A DNA stretch of 64,000 nucleotides, taken from Nitrosopumilus sp. Lineage in GTDB: Archaea > Thermoproteota > Nitrososphaeria > Nitrososphaerales > Nitrosopumilaceae. The stretch's first letter is position 1. The number at the start of each line of letters is the position of its first letter. Shown piece by piece: positions 57,982 through 64,000 of the stretch. Under the pieces are notes generated by a model that worked only from the letters and a program-made list of their open reading frames with translations, was not told where the DNA came from and made no database searches. Position numbers and translations under genes: made by a program. The DNA is taken from contig CBDBLX010000002.1 of NCBI GenBank assembly GCA_965207445.1, positions 1,911,849 to 1,975,848 on the forward strand. The letters run 5' to 3'.

Positions 57982-58816
57982 ATTTGTTTGTGTCGATCCT
58001 CACGTCCTTCAGGGCATCGGCTATTCCGACTTCCAAAATCGGGCGACTGTACGAGTACCTGCCGTCCACGTTGTCAAAGAACCGCCCCAATGGATCTACC
58101 ATAGCATAGCTGCCAGTCATCATGTCGTTGTCCTCCGGTATGACTACTATGCCCTCCCGTTCTATCCGCCTGTGCCGTTCCACATACGCCTTGAACTGGT
58201 TCGCTGTTACTTGGAAGCTGTGCATGGACTCGTCGTTCTGTCCCGCCACCGTCAACGCTTGCATGATCTTCCACCTTTCTGGCTCTGCTGCCCTGATGAA
58301 CCCGGACATGTCCTCCTCGTGGTTGTATAATGTGACCACGGTGTTGATCTTTAACCTGACTCCGTGCATCTTTATGGATCTGGCAGTCCAGAGGTACTCT
58401 TCTGCAGTTATGGAGCCCAGACTCGTGGCGCGTCCGGACATCTCATTTGTTACGGGCCTGATACTGTCTACACTGAGCGCAACCCAGTCCAAGCATCGGT
58501 GCATGCTTTTAAGCCAGTCCTCCGTCATCCTGCTCCCGTTGGTAACTATGGATGTGGTCATGCCACCGTACTTGGCTTCCTTGATTAGATCATCCAGCCC
58601 GGGATACAGCATAGGCTCTCCACCTGCAAAGTTGATCTTTTCATATCCCGCGTCTGCAAGCAATCTGACGATCTCCACGACCTCTTCTGATCCGAGATTC
58701 TTGTGTGACAGATTCGCGGCATAGCAGTGGCCGCAGCTCATGTTGCATGCTTGCAACAGATGATAGTTTACCGACGGAATTGCCACTGTTGTCCGGTCGG
58801 ATATCTTTTTATTCAT
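57947..58816 (-). CDS. pVip: Prokaryotic viperin (RSAD2-like antiviral radical SAM enzyme, ddhNTP synthase)
   Basis: SVNYHL...CNMSCGHC, KINFAGGEP, SIVTNGS, SVDS, KINTVV, RWKIMQ.L...GQN, EDNDMMTGSY.MVDPLGRF and C-terminal FEERGGLYDW are all viperin-family hallmarks. Confidence 0.93.
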   Translation of the reverse strand: MNKKISDRTTVAIPSVNYHLLQACNMSCGHCYAANLSHKNLGSEEVVEIVRLLADAGYEKINFAGGEPMLYPGLDDLIKEAKYGGMTTSIVTNGSRMTEDWLKSMHRCLDWVALSVDSIRPVTNEMSGRATSLGSITAEEYLWTARSIKMHGVRLKINTVVTLYNHEEDMSGFIRAAEPERWKIMQALTVAGQNDESMHSFQVTANQFKAYVERHRRIEREGIVVIPEDNDMMTGSYAMVDPLGRFFDNVDGRYSYSRPILEVGIADALKDVRIDTNKFEERGGLYDWD

Positions 58817-58850
58817 ACATGATATCTAACACATACAGCTTGATGTATAT

Positions 58851-59155
58851 TCTCAAGTGGGCCACATAGTGTAAAATCGTGCGGAACTTGTATACCTGTT
58901 CATTTGACCCGCACCGCAATTATCTCAAGTGGGGCCACATAGTGTAAAATCGTGCTGAACGGCAAATTTGCCCAATCCAAGTTGCGCTGAGGCGCTTGTC
59001 TGTATTCGTCACAGTCAGACTCTAAGCCTACTACCCGTGTGTACGGATTGGAATGTGCCGTGTGTGCCAGAGTTATTTCTACAACCCCAAGCAGACGAGG
59101 CCGCGACCATGAAGAACAACTGAGAATGTGCTATGTATGCCAGAGTTATTTCTAC
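58851..59155. repeat. Two pairs of direct repeats (37-38 bp, period 72; 32 bp, period 73) in the viperin/wHTH divergent intergenic region
   Basis: TCTCAAGTGGG(G)CCACATAGTGTAAAATCGTGC(G/T)GAAC at 58851 and 58923; GAATGTGC..TGT.TGCCAGAGTTATTTCTAC at 59051 and 59124. Confidence 0.88.
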
Positions 59156-59325
59156 GAGGGTGTTGTACTACAGGCTGTCAACCATGTGGTTGTCGCGTAA
59201 TTCGCCTCCATACTGACTGTGGTGGCTTTACATCCGGGCCGCTGAAACCAGTCTGAAGGCATCTTACGTACCGGCCTTACCAATATCGTAAAATTTTTAG
59301 ATGCTGCGAATCTGGCAATGGTGTA

Positions 59326-60369
59326 ATGGATGAGTCTCCCGCATATTATGACCATATAATGGAATTGCTGAAAACGCATGATGAACATCTGACCGTAGCC
59401 GACATCGTAAAACTGGCCGACAAGAATACCTTTTCAACTCGCAGGGCACTTAAGCGATTAATAAAAGACGGCATAGTTATGCGTGAGAGAATAGGCAAAA
59501 CAGATCATTACTACCCGGCGGAAGATTCTGCCGTCGAGATGGACAAATTTAATAACCTGATGAAAAAGCTAGATGATACTGTAGAAAACCTGAAGAAAGA
59601 TTTTCCAACATATCCTTCCAACATGTTGTATTTCATAAACGAGATAAGCTCTTCCGGTGTTACCAAGATAGAATCCATAAAAGACCATGTGAAGGTTGTA
59701 ACAACCGGTTACAAAGAACAACGGATAATATATGAAAAAGTCACTAGAGACATCAGATCTATGTGTCATAGGCACGTAAAAAATCCTCTTCTGATGAAGC
59801 GTCTGCTCTCATACGAGTCCGACGCCTACCAAGTCTTTCAAGAAACCGTCAAAAAGCGCCTAAGATTGGCAAAGAAACGAGACAATCTACACGCAAGTTC
59901 CCGAAAAAAAATCGCGAATCATATCGAAAAACTAGCCTACATAATGGACACGTTGGTTTATGATGCAGATCATGTAAAAGAATGCTTGGAGTTTGGTGAG
60001 GAAGTTCCCTACGACTACAAAGACTCGCGTGATGAATCAAGGGGAATACTGATCAACCTTGAACAAAAACGCGACATGCTCCGAGACAGTCTAGAGTCTG
60101 CAAAGCGATGGACAACTGCCTACAGGAAGGGCCACTCCGATGCAGTATTGGAAAACAAGCATCCGTCAAGTGAATTTGATGAAGCGGCCGGAAAACTGTC
60201 GGAGATGCAACAAGGCTTGAGAGACCTTGACATACTGATCCGGACAGGTATTGAGAAATCCATAGCGGAGGAAAAGGATTACGAATTGAGCGCTGTGCTC
60301 ACGGAAGTAGAGAAAAATCTGCAGGAATATAAGCGGAACTTGAGAGAGATTGCAGACGATACCGGTTAA
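59326..60369 (+). CDS. Winged-helix protein with long coiled-coil C-terminus (putative regulator)
   Basis: N-terminal IMELLK...LTVADIVKL..KNTFSTRRALKRLIKDGIVMRERIG..DHYY wHTH pattern, followed by heptad-rich helical sequence. Confidence 0.75.
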   Translation: MDESPAYYDHIMELLKTHDEHLTVADIVKLADKNTFSTRRALKRLIKDGIVMRERIGKTDHYYPAEDSAVEMDKFNNLMKKLDDTVENLKKDFPTYPSNMLYFINEISSSGVTKIESIKDHVKVVTTGYKEQRIIYEKVTRDIRSMCHRHVKNPLLMKRLLSYESDAYQVFQETVKKRLRLAKKRDNLHASSRKKIANHIEKLAYIMDTLVYDADHVKECLEFGEEVPYDYKDSRDESRGILINLEQKRDMLRDSLESAKRWTTAYRKGHSDAVLENKHPSSEFDEAAGKLSEMQQGLRDLDILIRTGIEKSIAEEKDYELSAVLTEVEKNLQEYKRNLREIADDTG

Positions 60370-60377
60370 AACCCAGT

Positions 60378-60485
60378 TATAGCGACAGGTATAAGTTTCC
60401 GTACAGTGAATTTTTGTGATTTCGTGCCCGAAATAATCACATGTGGCAAAGTCCAATTGTGAAAGCGTTACAGGAAATCACAATA
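60378..60485 (-). repeat. 108-bp inverted repeat, right arm
   Basis: Reverse complement of 54244-54351; ends 1 bp before the ISH3-like element. Confidence 0.93.
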
Positions 60486-60486
60486 A

Positions 60487-61864
60487 CAGTAATTCGCAAT
60501 GTATTTTATATGATTTTATTTGAATAATCTACAATGTCGTTAAACGTTGATGATCATACTTGATCAGATCAAATAGAAAGTATAATATGTGGGAACATTT
60601 TAGTACCTCTGATTAAGTATGAAAAATGAGATACTAGAACATCAATATGAATTAGGACAAGTAAATTATAAAGTTTTACGAAAACGATTCAACGATCTCG
60701 GATTAAACATATCAACCAGATATAACCGCAAGTATGTGGTGGATGATTATCTTGGTACTTACTACCTTGTCGCTCAACAACATGTGCGTAAATGCAACAA
60801 CTCACAAAAGAAAACGCGATAAAACTAACTGTTTTAGAAAAAACGAGCGTATAAGCATACCATCTGAAAATACTGTGCTCAAATGCCTAAAGAGTGCAGA
60901 TCTAGAGCAAGTAAAACAATGGAGTGACGAGAACGTCAAAACTGTTTAACAATGCCAGAAAACACAACATGCTCAAAAAAGGCAGGCACTATTGTAATTG
61001 ATATGGCCGGATAAAAATATTATGGCAAGGCACTCAAACCTGAGATGCTAAAAACAAAGCCCAAAAATGGCACCGCGATTTCATTCATTTATGACAACAC
61101 AAATGCCAAATCAAGCAGGTAATTGTTTGCGCATCGTGTGACCAGTAATGACAAAATGGTCACAATTATGCGTAAAATCATTGAAAAATTAATTCGAGAG
61201 GATGCACGTCCGGAACTTGGCCTCTTTGATCGAGGTTTTTACAACGTTGCATGCATAGATGAACTTTTGCGCCTGCGCCTGTCTTTCATAATGTGGGCAA
61301 TCAAAAATAAGCGCATACAAAAACACATTTTAAAAGTTCACAACAAAAAGAGAAAAACTGCATCCGTCATTGAGATGCGTGACAAAAACAAAAAAGCAGT
61401 CAAATTTACATTACTTGTCGTCAAGAAAAAAAATAATGCCAAAAAAACTGATGACATAGTTGATCAGTATGTAGCATTTGCCACAAATATGAAAATCACT
61501 AGCAAAAGCAAACTCATCAAAACCATCCCAGAGACTTATTGTAGGCGTCAGATAATAGAGACGAGACATAGTGATAAAAAACACGACTTCAAAGACAACT
61601 AGCAACGCCTTGCAGCTTCGATTACTGTTGATATTTTTTGAATGTTATTATATGGTTTATGGGTAATGGCAATGTACGAAAATTACGGCTGACTTGTAGA
61701 TGAAAAATTATTCACAATGGATTATTTATGGATTCAATTGCCGGATCAATCAGAAGACTGCTTCGGCGGGAATTGGAGCACGGTGGTTCCTTGCCATTGT
61801 AAATCTATCGCACTGCATAATTAGAAATAAGATCATTAAAAATTGAGCACATTGCGAACTACTG
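60487..61864 (+). mobile_element. ISH3-family (archaeal IS4-like) element with decayed transposase
   Basis: 16-bp IRs CAGTA(A/G)TTCGCAATGT at 60487-60502 and 61849-61864. Fragmented ORFs with LFDRGFY, FATN and IPETY.RR..IET motifs; several stops and frameshifts. Confidence 0.82.
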
Positions 61865-62210
61865 ACATACAAAACTAGAATACTCGTTTGGGGGCAAACT
61901 ACATAATGCGGCGCCAGACCTGTTTACATTTGTCAAATATCCGGGCATGCCACCTACCAACAACAAATTCGAACGAACACTGCGGTGGCGCGTCGTGATT
62001 CACAAAAAGATTCGTCAGATGTTTCGCAGTACAACAGGAATGGAAGTTTATGGCATATTGATGTCGTGCATGATGACAGGTTATTATCAGGACAAGGATC
62101 TTGTAAATAATATCCATGACATTATCATGGCAAGCTAAATCATTCACCAAATTTCATCACATAGCAGTAGATGTGTGTCGAGGTGTACATGTAGGGGGTT
62201 TAACTGTTAC
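61865..62210 (+). pseudogene. 3' remnant of a second IS66-family element
   Basis: MPPTNNKFERTLR.RVVI.KKIRQ.FRS..G is an IS66 C-terminal motif. Right IR GGGGGTTTAACTGTTAC ends at 62210. Confidence 0.75.
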
Positions 62211-62228
62211 GATCTAAAGCAGAGTACA

Positions 62229-63467
62229 TCAGATCAGACTTGAGGCAATATCTGCCATTCTAGAATGTTCACTACGCGAGAACCAGCTGCTCTCCACGAC
62301 TATAGGGATGCGCGCCCCTGTAGACTCGACGTACCCCCATTTCTCCCGTTCTGTGTGGATTTTTGTGCCCCGAAGTAGCATCAGCGGCCATGCGCGCACC
62401 TTGGGCACTCCCCGTTCCAAGCACCACTCTACAGAGTCACGAAAGCGCTCCACCGTCTGGAAGGGAAGCCCGTAGATCAGGGAGACCTCGTAAGGTATCC
62501 GCCGCCCGTTCAGTTTTGTGATGACATTCTCCACCGAGTCCATGTTGTTTGGCCTGCCGACGGCCCACGCCTCGTCGTCATGAACCGTCTGCAGGCCGAA
62601 CTCAAGCGTGACATCAAGCGGTTCGACCGCGTCCAGAAAGACGTCGGTAACCAGCTCAAAGCGACACTGTAGCGACAGATGAGCCCTAATGCGAATTTCC
62701 TTCAGACAGTCCAGTAGTTCCATCGCTCGCTTGACATCTGTGTTGAAGATCGGATCCAGCACGGCAATCTTGCGCGTCCCGGCATCGCGAAACGCGGACA
62801 TCTCGCGCCGCAGGCGTCCCGTCGCCAGATTTGCGTTGCGAAGGCGGGCTCCGGGCTGCTTGTGCTGGCAGAACGTGCAGGTAAACAGACAACCGCGCTG
62901 AGTCTCCCACCGTACAAAGTCGCTTATCGGAGAGGTGCCGTCAAGGTGCGGCGAGTGCAACGCGTTTAGCGGAAAGTCGGCCCTAGTGCAAAGGTCTGGC
63001 ATTCCTGCAACATGGATTCCATGCAAGCCATTCTCCGCGTGTCCTACGGCCAGCGACACCATCGCAAGCTCTCCGTTCCCGCGTACAAAATAGCGGGCTC
63101 CGGGATACAGTTGCTCAAGTCGTCCCGGCCCTGTGTATGAGACCTGCGGCCCCCCGAGCACCACGTCGACCTTGGGGCAAAGTGCGCGCAAAAGCACATG
63201 TACCTCCGGCTCGCACCACACAAAGGCACTGATTCCGACCAAGACTTGGGCCCCAACCTCAGAGATGGCTTCCGTGACGCGGTCGAGGAAGGTATTCATA
63301 GAGAATTCCGGTTTATTTACCGCGTCCGTGACGATCCTGACATAACTCCCATAGGCACGGAGGGACGAAGCGATCGATGCGGCGCCCAGTCCGAAGGGTG
63401 GATCCCCTTTCCTCAACCAGTCCAGTGAGACCAGAATAACCGGACGCGGTGGCACTGATCGTGGCAC
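62229..63467 (-). CDS. Radical SAM enzyme with N-terminal B12-binding-like domain
   Basis: ETQRGCLFTCTFC (CxxxCxxC), VVLGGPQ, RGNGE, EFGLQT and LIYGLPFQT. Likely start GTG 63467, two bases after the upstream stop (412 aa). Confidence 0.87.
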   Translation of the reverse strand: MPRSVPPRPVILVSLDWLRKGDPPFGLGAASIASSLRAYGSYVRIVTDAVNKPEFSMNTFLDRVTEAISEVGAQVLVGISAFVWCEPEVHVLLRALCPKVDVVLGGPQVSYTGPGRLEQLYPGARYFVRGNGELAMVSLAVGHAENGLHGIHVAGMPDLCTRADFPLNALHSPHLDGTSPISDFVRWETQRGCLFTCTFCQHKQPGARLRNANLATGRLRREMSAFRDAGTRKIAVLDPIFNTDVKRAMELLDCLKEIRIRAHLSLQCRFELVTDVFLDAVEPLDVTLEFGLQTVHDDEAWAVGRPNNMDSVENVITKLNGRRIPYEVSLIYGLPFQTVERFRDSVEWCLERGVPKVRAWPLMLLRGTKIHTEREKWGYVESTGARIPIVVESSWFSRSEHSRMADIASSLI

Positions 63468-63469
63468 TG

Positions 63470-63982
63470 TCAGGGTCCTCCTGTTCGGTTTGACCTGGCC
63501 CGGGCGAGAATGGACTGGATGTGCAGTCCAGCCGGTTTTCTCATTCCGAGCCTTTCCAACTCCCGGTCCAATCTCTCGGCCATGCACGTCCGGCTTGAAC
63601 GTATCTCGGAGCTCTTCAGGACGACGCACGGAATGCCGGCCTTGGCGTAGTGGCCGTTCCGTAGTCTGTTCCTTATTGCAAGAGCCGCCGACTCGTGTAT
63701 CATGCCGTCCTGCTCTACCACGAAGAGTAGTCCACCCGCGCCGTCAGTCACCGCGAGGTCGGGGGTGTGGACTAGCCCTTTTATCCACTCGGTCTGTCCG
63801 ATCTTGTGCGTTCCGAGCAGCTTGTAACCTCCGGCACGAAACAGTACACGGCATTCGATCAGTATTTGGGAGGCCCGTATCTTGTGCTCCTTTCTCAGGT
63901 ACTTCTTGATCTTGAAGACTATGTCAGAGTCGAGTCGTTCGCCACCCAATCCGTTCCGAAATTTCTTTGGATTGACCTTCAT
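63470..63982 (-). CDS. PD-(D/E)xK (DUF559/Vsr-like) nuclease, intact paralog of the viperin-associated gene
   Basis: HTPDLAV...VVEQDGMIH...RN.HY..AGI pattern. A TGA lies immediately before its ATG, so the operon probably continues beyond the window. Confidence 0.78.
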   Translation of the reverse strand: MKVNPKKFRNGLGGERLDSDIVFKIKKYLRKEHKIRASQILIECRVLFRAGGYKLLGTHKIGQTEWIKGLVHTPDLAVTDGAGGLLFVVEQDGMIHESAALAIRNRLRNGHYAKAGIPCVVLKSSEIRSSRTCMAERLDRELERLGMRKPAGLHIQSILARARSNRTGGP

Positions 63983-64000
63983 TCACGCCTTGCCCTCCGT

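Noticed and set aside
58851..58960. Bona fide CRISPR array (also considered for 53710-53795 and 48067-48307)
   Set aside because: Only two copies of each repeat, with no cas genes or recognisable leader. Kept only as repeats of unknown function.
54244..60485. 108-bp inverted repeats as the ends of an IS66 transposon carrying viperin
   Set aside because: The true IS66 ends and 8-bp TSD are at 54679 and 57620. Viperin lies outside the IS66 element.
63468..63629. N-terminal 54 aa of the 466-aa radical SAM ORF
   Set aside because: Overlaps the upstream nuclease gene by 160 bp. GTG 63467, right after its stop, is the more plausible start.

Overview
This is an accessory region dense in IS elements, probably from an archaeal genome. 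A Nitrosopumilaceae/Cenarchaeum-like host-associated thaumarchaeote is inferred from the ISH3-type and SWIM-IS6 elements and the protein style; it is not proven. (1) 0.1-7 kb: nested IS1595/IS6 insertions, a frameshifted IS5 element, a 110-bp MITE, a membrane-anchored protein and an HNH nuclease. (2) 7.5-12.1 kb: a secreted protein of about 12 tandem Cache domains with no output domain. (3) 12.5-47.5 kb: one ~35-kb gene split by only two small indels. Repaired, it encodes an ~11,658-aa surface protein with NHL propellers, FG-GAP/integrin-alpha repeats, FN3, DUF5011/Ig and cadherin-like domains, and 11 near-identical 780-bp tandem units. (4) 48.4-64 kb: a probable defence island with a UPF1/DNA2-like SF1 helicase and wHTH partner, and a prokaryotic viperin whose downstream PD-(D/E)xK nuclease gene was split by an IS66 element. 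That module lies between 108-bp inverted repeats. A paralogous intact nuclease is coupled to a second, B12-binding-type radical SAM enzyme. The repeated radical SAM + nuclease pairing is the best candidate for an undescribed system. No rRNA, tRNA, cas genes or true CRISPR array were seen.
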